47,741 nt of DNA, taken from IMG/VR virus record IMGVR_UViG_3300043117_000120, positions 1 through 47,741 of that record; one strand, given 5' to 3'. Each line of letters starts with the position of its first letter. The first letter of the stretch is position 1. The DNA comes from a virus (Duplodnaviria > Caudoviricetes). Shown in pieces: positions 19,418 through 29,235 of this stretch. The translations under genes and the position numbers were made by a program. Below the pieces are notes generated by a model, which saw nothing but the letters and a program-made list of their open reading frames with translations, made no database searches and was not told where the DNA came from.

Positions 19418-19666
19418 ATGAGCAAATATTATGACAGAAAGTTAATAAGAGCGGCAAGGATTGCAGAAAAAGGAGAGCCTCTTTCGTCTCATGCCGTGTT
19501 ATGTGACGTAGACCGCAATTCAGCAACTTGTGTTGTCTCGTGGTGTGGTAATAAATGTGATTTATATCAGAAAGATATGTCTAGCAAGGTGTCATATATA
19601 GTAATACAATCATTAGAATCAAACGGGCATTGTCCGTACAGAAAAGGTGCGGTCTATGTCTTCTAA
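19418..19666 (+). CDS. Hypothetical protein starting inside an attC-like hairpin
   Basis: AAGGAGG RBS before ATG 19418; stop codon falls in TCTAAC. Confidence 0.5.
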   Translation: MSKYYDRKLIRAARIAEKGEPLSSHAVLCDVDRNSATCVVSWCGNKCDLYQKDMSSKVSYIVIQSLESNGHCPYRKGAVYVF

Positions 19667-19707
19667 CAGCAATTATGCGAACTAATTTCACATTAACAGG
19701 AGGGAGC

Positions 19708-20289
19708 ATGCGACAAATAGAATACAACTCACAGCGCAACAACATATCATTTAATGGAAAGTTCCCGGCATGGAGTCAGTGCTTTTCAACATGTGCATGG
19801 ATGTTCATGTCTTTCTATGACCCGACAATATCGGCCCGTGATGATATCGCGCTTTCCAGATACGTTGACGACGTAGAGGCCACTGTTGGCCGTGAAGGTG
19901 TGGGAGAACAGGTAAAGCAGAAATTTAACTGGATAACCGGACGCACATCCTTGTGGTGGCTGGTTCAGCAGGAAGGTATACAGAAACGACTACCGAACCG
20001 GCGCGTGATATTTGATGAACGTTTTTCAATCGATGCCCTCACCCGCCAGGTCACGATGGGGCCGGTTATTATCGGTACTAAAAAGATGGGCGGTTTAAGT
20101 GGTGGTCACATCATACTGCTTGTAGATCATGACAGCTCGTCCGGTTCATTTATCGTCAATGACCCCTACGGGAACGCACGTATCGATTACGAATCAGCGG
20201 TTGGTTTTAACCTGAGATATCCCGCGCACTGGCTGGAGCGTTACATCGATTATGGAAAGCGTACCTGCCGGGTTATATACGCACTGTAA
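19708..20289 (+). CDS. C39-like cysteine peptidase, probable endolysin
   Basis: NSQRNN, QCFSTC, GGHIILLV, FIVNDPYG; GGAGG RBS before ATG 19708. Confidence 0.8.
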   Translation: MRQIEYNSQRNNISFNGKFPAWSQCFSTCAWMFMSFYDPTISARDDIALSRYVDDVEATVGREGVGEQVKQKFNWITGRTSLWWLVQQEGIQKRLPNRRVIFDERFSIDALTRQVTMGPVIIGTKKMGGLSGGHIILLVDHDSSSGSFIVNDPYGNARIDYESAVGFNLRYPAHWLERYIDYGKRTCRVIYAL

Positions 20290-20413
20290 TGATGATCACA
20301 CGGGTAGACCGTATGGCTCACCGTGATGACATATAGTAACAGTAGTAGCCAAAGACTCACCGCCCGGTCGGAGTAGGGACCGGCCGGGCACCATTAAACA
20401 ATAGGAGGGTAAC

Positions 20414-20734
20414 ATGTCACTAATCGCAGGAAATCATAATTTCAAACCGGGTAAATTCACATCGGAAAAAATACAGGACATTATTCACAAAACAACAGTA
20501 CTTGCCCGTCGGTTTTTTAAATTCAGGTGGATGTCAAAGAAGTTCTGGATTAGGTTATTTCTCACCCTTATAGCTGTTATAGTCGTGCAAAAAGTGGCGG
20601 GAGTATCCTACATATCTGACACCATGGCACTTGGCAGCATGGGATTTATTTCCGCGCTTATCGGTATGTACAACATGCGCACCGTGGCGGATGTGAAATC
20701 TCAGATGGAGGGCACCCATGATACAAATGATTAA
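20414..20734 (+). CDS. Two-TM membrane protein, candidate holin
   Basis: SKKFW followed by two hydrophobic segments; follows the peptidase. Confidence 0.6.
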   Translation: MSLIAGNHNFKPGKFTSEKIQDIIHKTTVLARRFFKFRWMSKKFWIRLFLTLIAVIVVQKVAGVSYISDTMALGSMGFISALIGMYNMRTVADVKSQMEGTHDTND

Positions 20735-21062
20735 ATCAGCTTTCACCGCCGCGAAATACTGGATATACCTTGTCGTGGCAGCAGTGGCAGTGATACTCAT
20801 TATCACCATGCTGTCAGGGTGCGCAGGTTGCCAGATGGCCCCGGACGTTGACGATTATGACAACAGACTCGAATACATGCTGGTGCAGTGCTGGTATCGC
20901 AACAGTAAAAACCCGACGGCATGTCAGCAACTTGCCGAACGGTATCGCGACTGGCATAAAGAGGAGTCATACAAGGACAAACTCACCTTTTGCAGTAAAC
21001 CTGAAAATATCCCGCCGGGATGGGATCAGGATAAATGTAGGTATTATTTGAATCAGAAATAA
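20718..21062 (+). CDS. Lipoprotein, candidate spanin-like lysis protein
   Basis: Hydrophobic leader with LSGC lipobox; several Cys. Confidence 0.55.
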   Translation: MIQMIKSAFTAAKYWIYLVVAAVAVILIITMLSGCAGCQMAPDVDDYDNRLEYMLVQCWYRNSKNPTACQQLAERYRDWHKEESYKDKLTFCSKPENIPPGWDQDKCRYYLNQK

Positions 21063-21089
21063 GTAACATTAAAATTTACAACTGGCAGG

Positions 21090-23714
21090 TTGGTTATGGA
21101 ATTGAACACCGTGTTTGACAGGCCCGCACATGAATTAGAACATGAAGTCGAGGGCGATATACTGTATGATGAATTTTTAAAGTCGAAAATCAGTTTAGCA
21201 GAAAATGAAGGATTTGAGGTAACACCTGACGACCTCAACCGGATAAACACCGGCTATAAAAAGCTCAAGCCCCACGAGGTCGACGCCGTTATATGGGCCG
21301 CCCGTGGGGGCAGGCGCGCCCTGTTTGAGAGTTTCGGCCTGGGTAAGACGTGTCAGCAACTGGCCCTTATGGTGCTTGTGGCGCAGCGTTTCCAGGGTAA
21401 AACCCTTATCATCATGCCTTTGGGGGTTAAACAGGAATTTCACCGTGACGCCGTGGACTTCTACGGGGTGGAGGTGGAATACGTGCGCACCCTGCAAGAG
21501 GCAAAGGACAGTACATGCCGGTACCATGTAACTAATTACGAACGTGTCAGGGACGGCGACCTCGACCCCAACTACTACACAGCAGTTTCACTTGATGAAG
21601 CCTCGGTACTTCGCGGATACGGTACCAAAACGTATCAAACATTTCTTACCCTGTTTGACAAGGTGCGCTTTAAATTTGTAGCAACCGCGACGCCTTCGCC
21701 GAATAAGTATAAGGAACTTATCCATTACGCTGGCTTTTTGGGCATTATGGACACGGGACAGGCACTCACCCGGTTTTTTAAACGAGACAGCACGAAAAGC
21801 AATAATTTAACGCTATATCCCCACAAAGAAGAAGAGTTTTGGCTATGGGTATCCACATGGGCGCTCTTTATAACCTCACCGGCTGATCTCGGATATGACC
21901 CGGAAGGGTATGAGTTACCACCACTTGATATACGGTATCATAAAATCGCGGTAGACCACTCCACCGCCGGGGTAGAGGACAACGGACAGGCTAAAATGTT
22001 TAGAGAAGCCGCGCTCTCCCTAAGGGACGCAGCGACGGAAAAGAGGGAGTCGATACCGGCCCGTATATCAAAAATGATGGAAATAATACGAGCCGAACCA
22101 GATAGCCACTTCATACTTTGGCATGACCTTGAAGCCGAACGCCACGCAATCAAGAAGGCGCTTCCAGAATGTGAAGAAATATATGGCAGCTTGAAAGCCC
22201 GCTGTGATGATCCCATATATACGCTGAGGGAAAAACGAACTATTGACTTTTCGAATGGAGACATAAAATACCTCGCGACAAAACCCGACCTATCAGGATC
22301 CGGATGCAACTTCCAGCGATATTGTCACCGCGCTATATTCCTTGGTATTGATTATAAATTTAACGGATTTATTCAAGCTATCCACAGGATATACCGGTTT
22401 ATGCAGGATAAACAGGTAGTTATCGACATAATATACATGGAATCAGAAGAGGAAATACTCAAAGTATTACTACAGAAATGGCAGCAGCATGATTATCTCG
22501 TTAAAAAGATGGTTGATATCATTCACAAATTCAACCTGTCCCATGCCGCTATTGAACAGAAATTAACCAGGACATTTTTTACAGAGGTGGAAAAGATGGA
22601 AAAGTCACGATACATAGCAGTAAACGCCGACAACGTACCCGTTACGCGCCAGATGAAGTCAAACAGCATAGACCTGATACATACCTCGATACCTTTCAGC
22701 AACCACTACGAATACACCCCGACATATAACGATTTTGGCCATAACACAGATAATGATGAATTTTTCAAGCAGATGGATTTTCTCACCCCTGAGTTACTAC
22801 GAGTGTTGAAACCGGGAAGGGTTGCGGCGATACACGTCAAAGACAGGATATTATTTGGCAACGCAACCGGTGATGGAATGCCAACACTCGACCCGTTTTC
22901 CGACATGACAGTATTTCATTTTCTACAGCACGGATTCCGGTACATGGGCAGAATAACGGTACTCACCGATGTAGTGCGGGAAAACAACCAGACCTACCGC
23001 CTCGGATGGAGCGAGCAGTGCAAAGACGGGACTAAGATGGGGGTGGGGTGTCCTGAGTATATCCTGTTATTCCGCAAACTCCCAACAGATACCGGCAGGG
23101 CATACGCTGACACTCCCGTGCAAAAGGAAAAAACAGAGTACACCCGGGGGAGATGGCAGATTGACGCCAACGCCTTGTACCGTTCAAGTGGAGATAGGCT
23201 GCTCACTATGGAAGAGCTTAAAAACGTACCAGTTGACCGCCTCCAGGCAGTGTACAGACGAGAATCAAGGCGGTCCGTGTATGACTACAAAGACCACGTT
23301 GAACTATCAAATTTTTTAAACGACAACGGTAGACTTCCCGCTTCATTTTCAGTTGTTGCCCCCGGATCATGGTCAAACCTCGTCTGGGATGACATTAACC
23401 GGATGCGCACCCTTAACGGCAACCAGGCCAGCAAAATGCTGCAGATGCATATATGCCCACTCCAATTTGATATTGTTGAGCGTATAATAAACCGCTACTC
23501 AAATAAGGATGAGATAGTATATGACCCCTTCGCAGGACTCTTCACCGTGCCGTATATGGCCGTTAAAATGGGCCGGTATGGTGTAGGGTGCGAGCTTAAT
23601 CATGACTCATACCGCGACGGACTGGTATACCTGCAGGCGGCCTCTGAAATGTATGAGGTACCAACACTTTTTGACGTGGTTAAGGCTGAGGAGGTAGACC
23701 ATGCAATCTCGTAA
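21090..23714 (+). CDS. SNF2-like helicase fused to an N4/N6 DNA methyltransferase
   Basis: GLGKT, LDEAS, TATPSPN, QAIHRIYRF; then TSIPF, HICPLQ, YDPFAGLFT, GCEL. Confidence 0.9.
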   Translation: MVMELNTVFDRPAHELEHEVEGDILYDEFLKSKISLAENEGFEVTPDDLNRINTGYKKLKPHEVDAVIWAARGGRRALFESFGLGKTCQQLALMVLVAQRFQGKTLIIMPLGVKQEFHRDAVDFYGVEVEYVRTLQEAKDSTCRYHVTNYERVRDGDLDPNYYTAVSLDEASVLRGYGTKTYQTFLTLFDKVRFKFVATATPSPNKYKELIHYAGFLGIMDTGQALTRFFKRDSTKSNNLTLYPHKEEEFWLWVSTWALFITSPADLGYDPEGYELPPLDIRYHKIAVDHSTAGVEDNGQAKMFREAALSLRDAATEKRESIPARISKMMEIIRAEPDSHFILWHDLEAERHAIKKALPECEEIYGSLKARCDDPIYTLREKRTIDFSNGDIKYLATKPDLSGSGCNFQRYCHRAIFLGIDYKFNGFIQAIHRIYRFMQDKQVVIDIIYMESEEEILKVLLQKWQQHDYLVKKMVDIIHKFNLSHAAIEQKLTRTFFTEVEKMEKSRYIAVNADNVPVTRQMKSNSIDLIHTSIPFSNHYEYTPTYNDFGHNTDNDEFFKQMDFLTPELLRVLKPGRVAAIHVKDRILFGNATGDGMPTLDPFSDMTVFHFLQHGFRYMGRITVLTDVVRENNQTYRLGWSEQCKDGTKMGVGCPEYILLFRKLPTDTGRAYADTPVQKEKTEYTRGRWQIDANALYRSSGDRLLTMEELKNVPVDRLQAVYRRESRRSVYDYKDHVELSNFLNDNGRLPASFSVVAPGSWSNLVWDDINRMRTLNGNQASKMLQMHICPLQFDIVERIINRYSNKDEIVYDPFAGLFTVPYMAVKMGRYGVGCELNHDSYRDGLVYLQAASEMYEVPTLFDVVKAEEVDHAIS

Positions 23715-23910
23715 ATTTTCCATGATTGAATCCATAACCAATGTAGCAGTTGGGTACTTCGTGGCGCTGGCGTCACAGCTCGTGATATTTCCGGTATTTG
23801 ACATTAATGTACCGCTGCGATCTAATATACTAATCGGTGCATTTTTTACCGTGGTATCAATTGTGAGGTCGTATACACTCAGGCGTGTGTTTAACAGGAT
23901 TAAGCGATAA
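23701..23910 (+). CDS. Small two-TM phage membrane protein
   Basis: MQSRKFSMIESITNVAVGY...SIVRSYTLRRVFN; coupled to the methylase gene. Confidence 0.75.
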   Translation: MQSRKFSMIESITNVAVGYFVALASQLVIFPVFDINVPLRSNILIGAFFTVVSIVRSYTLRRVFNRIKR

Positions 23911-26552
23911 TGCAAGATCACATCTACATAAAAACGCAGCTACGGCGCTACCTTCAGCTTGAAGGGGTATCGTACAACAAGAGCAAGAAAACATGGCGCT
24001 GCCCCAACCATGATGACACCTCGGAATCTGCGGTACTTTATGAAAACCCGGACGGGGGTGTCCTGTATTGCCCCGTGTGTGAACGGTCATGGGATATATT
24101 TGAGCTGTCAAAATTTTATGATAACGCTAACGACTTTAAGGCGCAACTAAAAGCGGTGCGTGAAATACTGAACATCACAGGTGATATTCCAGTGACTAAT
24201 AAAAAAGAGCCGAAAAAGACCGAAACGATCGAACCGCCGGTTGCACTTCCACGTCAGGATGCCAAACCGATATATAAGCGTGAACGCATTATAGAAATTT
24301 ATAAAATGTCGAAAAGGTCAAAACTTGACAAGGAAAAAGCAACAATCACAAGTTCTCACCCATACACCGACATCGACGGCAACATCATTGCAATGGATAT
24401 TCGTTTCGAGGATGGATCCGGCGCTAAAGATGTTGTGTTGTACTGGTATAATGGAAAGTCATTGAAAACAAAGGGGGCACCTGTCCTCTTGTATGGCCTT
24501 GACAGGCTTAACCATGCACCGGTACTGATACACGAGGGCGGCAAGTGCGCTGACATCGGACAGGAAAAGCTGTTATATTTTTCATCCCTGTCATGGTCTG
24601 GCGGTACCGGCAAGGTGGGAAAAGCTGACTGGACACCTCTTGCAGATCACGAAACATATATATTACCGGATAACGACGGACCCGGCATAAAAGCTGCCCG
24701 TGCCATAAAAGAGCAGTTGCCACACGCTAAAATTGTCAAACCGCCGGCAGATGGCAAGGGGGATGACATAGAACAATACCTGCAAAAACTAAGCGCGGAT
24801 GAATTACAGGCCTATATCTTAAATCCTGATAACCACTTAGACGATATCGATGTAGACACGGGGGAAAGCGACCTGCCAGTTGCCAAAACCTCCACCCCTT
24901 CAAACCCTTCACAACCTCCGGCCCCCGTGTCTACTTCCATGCCGTTTAGGATACTCGGTATCGGTGATGACGGCCGGGCCGTGTACATCACCGAATCAGG
25001 CAGGCTGGTAAAGTACAAACTTGAAGGGTTGGGTAAATCAACACTTCTCGTACTGGCAAACCGTACCTTTTGGTATAATGAGTATCACACAAGGGACGGT
25101 AAAATTTCATGGGATGGAGCGGTAGACGACGTGATAAGAACAACACAATGTAAAGATTTTGACGAATCATTCGTACGTGGGCGCGGGGCGTGGCATGATG
25201 GTGACATGATATCATATCACGATGGAGTTAACACCTACGGTGAATACGCAGAGGGCAGGATATACCTGAGACTGCGTAAACATGATATCGGTATAAATGA
25301 TGAACCGGCCACGGTGCAACTCACAAAGGCGGTAAAAGATACCATATTTAAAATGAGCTTTGAAACGCCGGCAGATGCCGTGCGCTGTCTTGCATGGTCA
25401 GTACTGGCCCCGTTTGCAGGTGCGCTCAAATACAGGCCAGCGCTTCTTCTTACCGGTGAATCCGGCTCGGGTAAAACCACGGTGGCGACATTATGTATCC
25501 GCAAACTGGCTGACTGTAAATGGTTTAACGGCTCGGAATCGACCGTGGCCGGCACCAGGGGCGTGGTAAAATATGATAGCTGCGGCATCATGTTTGAAGA
25601 GGTAGAAGCTGACACCCTGAAAAAACGCACCAACCGTGAAGAGCTGTTTTCACTCATGCGTGTAAACGTATCAGATGACGCGCCGGACACGGTGAAGGGT
25701 ACCAAAGAGGGCGGCTACAACTCATTTAAGATGCAAAACATGTTTGGCTTTATCGCAATTGATCCGACTGTTGAGAGTATAGCAGATGAAAACCGGATAT
25801 TCCGGGTTAATATGGTCAAGCCCAGAAACGGCGGGGACTGGAAGAAAATAGAGGAAGATATCAAGAACCTTTTGTGTGAAGCCAACTGCCGGAAAATACG
25901 TGCCCTGGCATGGAATAAGCTGCGTGATATCAACACCCTTACCGAACGCATCGTTGATAGAATCCGTGAAAAGACGGGCAAGGATTACCGGTCAAGCTAC
26001 GCCGATGGGATGCTTGCCGCGGCTTTTATGGTGGTATGGACTGGCACCGATAACCCAAGTGAGGAGCAGATCGACAACATGCTCCAGCGGTATTATCAGT
26101 ATCAGCCCGCAGATGATCACAGGTCAGAGGCTGAAGAGATCGTTGATAGATTAATGGATGAAACAATTGAGGTTATACAAGACCACAAGAGGGAACGCCT
26201 CACCATAATGGAGTGTCTCCACAGAATATACCACGGTACCAAGGGTGAGAATAAAGAATACGTCCAGGAATACGAGCTGGAAAGCTATAAATCCACCATA
26301 GCACGGTACGGGATACGGCTCACTGATGACTACAACCTTGCCATTCAAAACAATCATCACATGATAAAGCGAATCATTGACCGTGGCAGCGGCTACAGCA
26401 AGATACTCAAACGTCACCACGGATTTATAGAGGGCCAGCGCAATGTATATTTCTACAATGGGAAAAGCCCACGCTGCACCATACTGCGCGGCGTGATAAA
26501 GAAAAAAGATGAAGACATGTCGATGGATGAAAAGCTGGAGGGTCTAATATGA
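23910..26552 (+). CDS. Primase-helicase (zinc finger, TOPRIM, P-loop ATPase)
   Basis: CPNHDD...CPVC, IHEGGKCAD, LPDNDGPG, GDD, LTGESGSGKTT. Confidence 0.88.
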   Translation: MQDHIYIKTQLRRYLQLEGVSYNKSKKTWRCPNHDDTSESAVLYENPDGGVLYCPVCERSWDIFELSKFYDNANDFKAQLKAVREILNITGDIPVTNKKEPKKTETIEPPVALPRQDAKPIYKRERIIEIYKMSKRSKLDKEKATITSSHPYTDIDGNIIAMDIRFEDGSGAKDVVLYWYNGKSLKTKGAPVLLYGLDRLNHAPVLIHEGGKCADIGQEKLLYFSSLSWSGGTGKVGKADWTPLADHETYILPDNDGPGIKAARAIKEQLPHAKIVKPPADGKGDDIEQYLQKLSADELQAYILNPDNHLDDIDVDTGESDLPVAKTSTPSNPSQPPAPVSTSMPFRILGIGDDGRAVYITESGRLVKYKLEGLGKSTLLVLANRTFWYNEYHTRDGKISWDGAVDDVIRTTQCKDFDESFVRGRGAWHDGDMISYHDGVNTYGEYAEGRIYLRLRKHDIGINDEPATVQLTKAVKDTIFKMSFETPADAVRCLAWSVLAPFAGALKYRPALLLTGESGSGKTTVATLCIRKLADCKWFNGSESTVAGTRGVVKYDSCGIMFEEVEADTLKKRTNREELFSLMRVNVSDDAPDTVKGTKEGGYNSFKMQNMFGFIAIDPTVESIADENRIFRVNMVKPRNGGDWKKIEEDIKNLLCEANCRKIRALAWNKLRDINTLTERIVDRIREKTGKDYRSSYADGMLAAAFMVVWTGTDNPSEEQIDNMLQRYYQYQPADDHRSEAEEIVDRLMDETIEVIQDHKRERLTIMECLHRIYHGTKGENKEYVQEYELESYKSTIARYGIRLTDDYNLAIQNNHHMIKRIIDRGSGYSKILKRHHGFIEGQRNVYFYNGKSPRCTILRGVIKKKDEDMSMDEKLEGLI

Positions 26553-28132
26553 ATGCCCTACGCGATTACCAGAATGACATATACGTCGGGGCACGGCAGG
26601 GACTCATGAAAAACAGGTCGATCTGTATACAGTGTCCGACCGGCTCAGGTAAGACCCCTGTAATGGCTGCTATGTGCCAATCCGTATTGCGCAAGGGCAA
26701 AAGAGCGTGGATTGTGGTTAACCGAACTGAGCTTCTCGGTCAGGCCAGCAAGCACCTTTTAAAGTGGGGAGTACCTCACGGCGTTATCGCGCCGAATATG
26801 CAGGAATCACGGGCATTTCAGATACATGTTGTCAGCAAAGATACACTCATACGCAGGTATGACACCATAAAGAATTGGCCCGATCTTTTAATATTTGATG
26901 AATCTCACCTCTACCTCGACCGGCAGCTTGAGATTATTTCACACCTTCCAGAATACAGTAAAATAATCGGCATGACCGCAACCCCTGAGCGCTTAGACGG
27001 TCGCGGCTTGTGGTCAGGTGCGGGTGGGCCCTACGATGCACTTGTGGAGGGGCCATCTATCCCATGGCTTACTGAGCGTAAATTTTTAACGGAACTGCGG
27101 TATTTCTCACCGCCTATAGAGGGCCTGTCAGATTTGCATGTACGAGGTACTGACTACAATGAAGAAGAACTCGAAGCGCTCTTGCAGCGCCGTAAAATTT
27201 ACGGTGAACTCGTCGGACACTACGAGAAATACGGCAAGGGTAAGGCAGCGCTTATATTCTGCAGGTCAGTAAAATCAGCACATCAGACCGCGGAGCGTTT
27301 CCAGGATAAGGGCCACAACTTCCATTGCATAGAGGGCAGGATGTCAGCAGGTAAGCGCCGCGACCTCGTGGCAGCACTCACTGCAGGTGAAATTGACGGA
27401 CTTACCAACTGTGAAATTGCTACCTACGGCCTTGATATACCCCGCGTCGAATACGGGGCAAGCATTAGACCAACGCTTTCCCGCGCCCTTTATTTCCAGA
27501 TGATCGGTCGGATACTCAGGCCCTTCACGGATGAGGTGACAGGATACCGCAAAGAGGACGCCTTATTTTTTGATCATGTAAACCTCGTCCTTGAGCATCA
27601 GGAACCGGAATATCCGGGAATACCGCCGCACTACGTCCCGCACATCGACTGGAATTTTTACGGTACCGAAAAACGAAAACGTGAGAAGAAACCGGCAAAT
27701 GTGAGGCTGTGTCCATACCTTGACTTCATGTATTGCGATAAGCCAAGTTGCGCACATTGTCAGCATAATCCAAATAAGGGCACCGTTGACGTGCGTAAAG
27801 ATATGGTGATAGTACCGGCTGAACTTCAGGAAAAGGAACGTCCCCTGAGGTTCGGGGAGCGCCCGTATCACGAGCAACAGGAATTTCAGGACAGGATTAA
27901 CAAGGCGGTGCTGGCCCATAAAAACGGTGGAGGCGACAGCGCGGTATCAGAATTGTTGCAAATAGCAGATGACCTCGGCTACAGCGTATTCTGGGTATAC
28001 CACCGACTTAACGGTGAGGGTAAGCACGCAACCAATATACCACTGCTTCACGAGATCGCAAGGGTGAAGGGCTACAAGCCGGGATGGGTATACTTCGCCC
28101 GGACTAAAATAAAATCGAGGGAGGCTGTATGA
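26549..28132 (+). CDS. Superfamily II DNA helicase
   Basis: PTGSGKT, FDESH, TATPERLDG, GLDIP, QMIGRILR. Confidence 0.92.
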   Translation: MNALRDYQNDIYVGARQGLMKNRSICIQCPTGSGKTPVMAAMCQSVLRKGKRAWIVVNRTELLGQASKHLLKWGVPHGVIAPNMQESRAFQIHVVSKDTLIRRYDTIKNWPDLLIFDESHLYLDRQLEIISHLPEYSKIIGMTATPERLDGRGLWSGAGGPYDALVEGPSIPWLTERKFLTELRYFSPPIEGLSDLHVRGTDYNEEELEALLQRRKIYGELVGHYEKYGKGKAALIFCRSVKSAHQTAERFQDKGHNFHCIEGRMSAGKRRDLVAALTAGEIDGLTNCEIATYGLDIPRVEYGASIRPTLSRALYFQMIGRILRPFTDEVTGYRKEDALFFDHVNLVLEHQEPEYPGIPPHYVPHIDWNFYGTEKRKREKKPANVRLCPYLDFMYCDKPSCAHCQHNPNKGTVDVRKDMVIVPAELQEKERPLRFGERPYHEQQEFQDRINKAVLAHKNGGGDSAVSELLQIADDLGYSVFWVYHRLNGEGKHATNIPLLHEIARVKGYKPGWVYFARTKIKSREAV

Positions 28133-28287
28133 GTCAGAAACAGGTAAAACGAATCCGGCGCCAGGTCAGGAAAGAATCAGATAAAATTAAGGTGATGGCG
28201 CTGGACGAGTTCAAAGCGTACGCGAAAACGCAAGGTCTAAAACGCAGGGTAGCCCTTGCGATTAAAATAATTTTGAAGAGGTTATAG
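28129..28287 (+). CDS. 52-aa basic hypothetical protein
   Basis: Hand-translated MSQKQVKRIRRQVRK...; GGAGG RBS; ATGA overlap. Confidence 0.55.
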   Translation: MSQKQVKRIRRQVRKESDKIKVMALDEFKAYAKTQGLKRRVALAIKIILKRL

Positions 28288-28289
28288 AC

Positions 28290-28505
28290 ATGACAAATTT
28301 AACACTAAAAAAAGCAATTGCAATCGCAGAATCTGCGGGGTGGTGTATTGATTTCTACGCGGAAAAATCAGCACTTGTCAGCACACGCGAAGGTGGCCTG
28401 TTACCGCACCTGCTCAGGCAGGAATTAAAACACCTCGATGTAGAGGTGAGACAGCGCCTGAATGAAGCCAACGTGTGTATATGTGAGATCAGGGTTTGTG
28501 AATAA
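28290..28505 (+). CDS. Hypothetical protein
   Basis: GAGG RBS; in operon. Confidence 0.55.
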   Translation: MTNLTLKKAIAIAESAGWCIDFYAEKSALVSTREGGLLPHLLRQELKHLDVEVRQRLNEANVCICEIRVCE

Positions 28506-29235
28506 TTATAATTACATAGACCTGTTTCACGGCATCGGTGGTTTTGCTCTCGGTGCATATTGGTCTGGAATGAGATTTAAAAATCATTTTTGCAGCGACA
28601 TCGAGCCATACACACAGGAGTTGTATAAGTTACGATTTCCAGACAGTATACAGCTCGGCGACATTACGAAAATTGACACAAAGGAGTTATTGCAATATGG
28701 AGACAAATGGATTATCACAGGCGGATTTCCCTGTCAGGACATCTCAATCGCAGGAAAAGGGGCAGGAATTACCGGAGCGAGGTCAGGTCTTTGGTTTGAA
28801 CATTGGCGAATTATTAGGGACTTACGACCGCGAATCGCAATTATGGAAAACGTCTCAGCAATCACTTTTCGAGGACTTAATGCCGTCCTGGGATCGCTTG
28901 CCGAAATCGGGTATAATGCTGAATGGCAGAATATACGAGCAAGCGACGTTGGATTGCCGCACACAAGAGAAAGAACATTTATTGTTGCTTACTCCATCGA
29001 CTCAAGCGTGGAAGGCATGGACATTCAGAAATCCATACGCACTTATAAGAAAAAATCACGCCGACGGGAATTTGCAAGAGCAGTTAATGCGGCTATACCA
29101 GCGGATGATTACGCCAGAAACAGAGGAAATCATGATGGGGTATCCGGTGTCATGGACCAACTTAAAGGACTCGGAAATGCAATTGTACCTCAAATAGCGG
29201 AGATTTTATTTAACCAGATTAAACCTTATTTATGA
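28462..29235 (+). CDS. C5-cytosine DNA methyltransferase, main (alpha-like) chain
   Basis: DLFHGIGG, GGFPCQDIS, MENV, HTRERTF, LGNAIVP; true start may be GTG 28498. Confidence 0.92.
   Translation: MKPTCVYVRSGFVNNYNYIDLFHGIGGFALGAYWSGMRFKNHFCSDIEPYTQELYKLRFPDSIQLGDITKIDTKELLQYGDKWIITGGFPCQDISIAGKGAGITGARSGLWFEHWRIIRDLRPRIAIMENVSAITFRGLNAVLGSLAEIGYNAEWQNIRASDVGLPHTRERTFIVAYSIDSSVEGMDIQKSIRTYKKKSRRREFARAVNAAIPADDYARNRGNHDGVSGVMDQLKGLGNAIVPQIAEILFNQIKPYL
28697..29197 (+). CDS. Nested out-of-frame ORF, candidate second (beta-like) chain of the C5 methyltransferase
   Basis: AAGGAG RBS at 28681; ends EEIMMGYPVSWT, resembling motif IX. Confidence 0.7.
   Translation: METNGLSQADFPVRTSQSQEKGQELPERGQVFGLNIGELLGTYDRESQLWKTSQQSLFEDLMPSWDRLPKSGIMLNGRIYEQATLDCRTQEKEHLLLLTPSTQAWKAWTFRNPYALIRKNHADGNLQEQLMRLYQRMITPETEEIMMGYPVSWTNLKDSEMQLYLK

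Larger units (their letters stand above)
19047..19667 (+). repeat. Chain of interlocking inverted repeats bounded by AAC/GTT (attC-like cassette array)
   Basis: Hairpins at 19047-19140 and 19379-19504; 20-bp inverted repeats 19134-19153/19366-19385 and 19498-19517/19648-19667. Confidence 0.6.
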
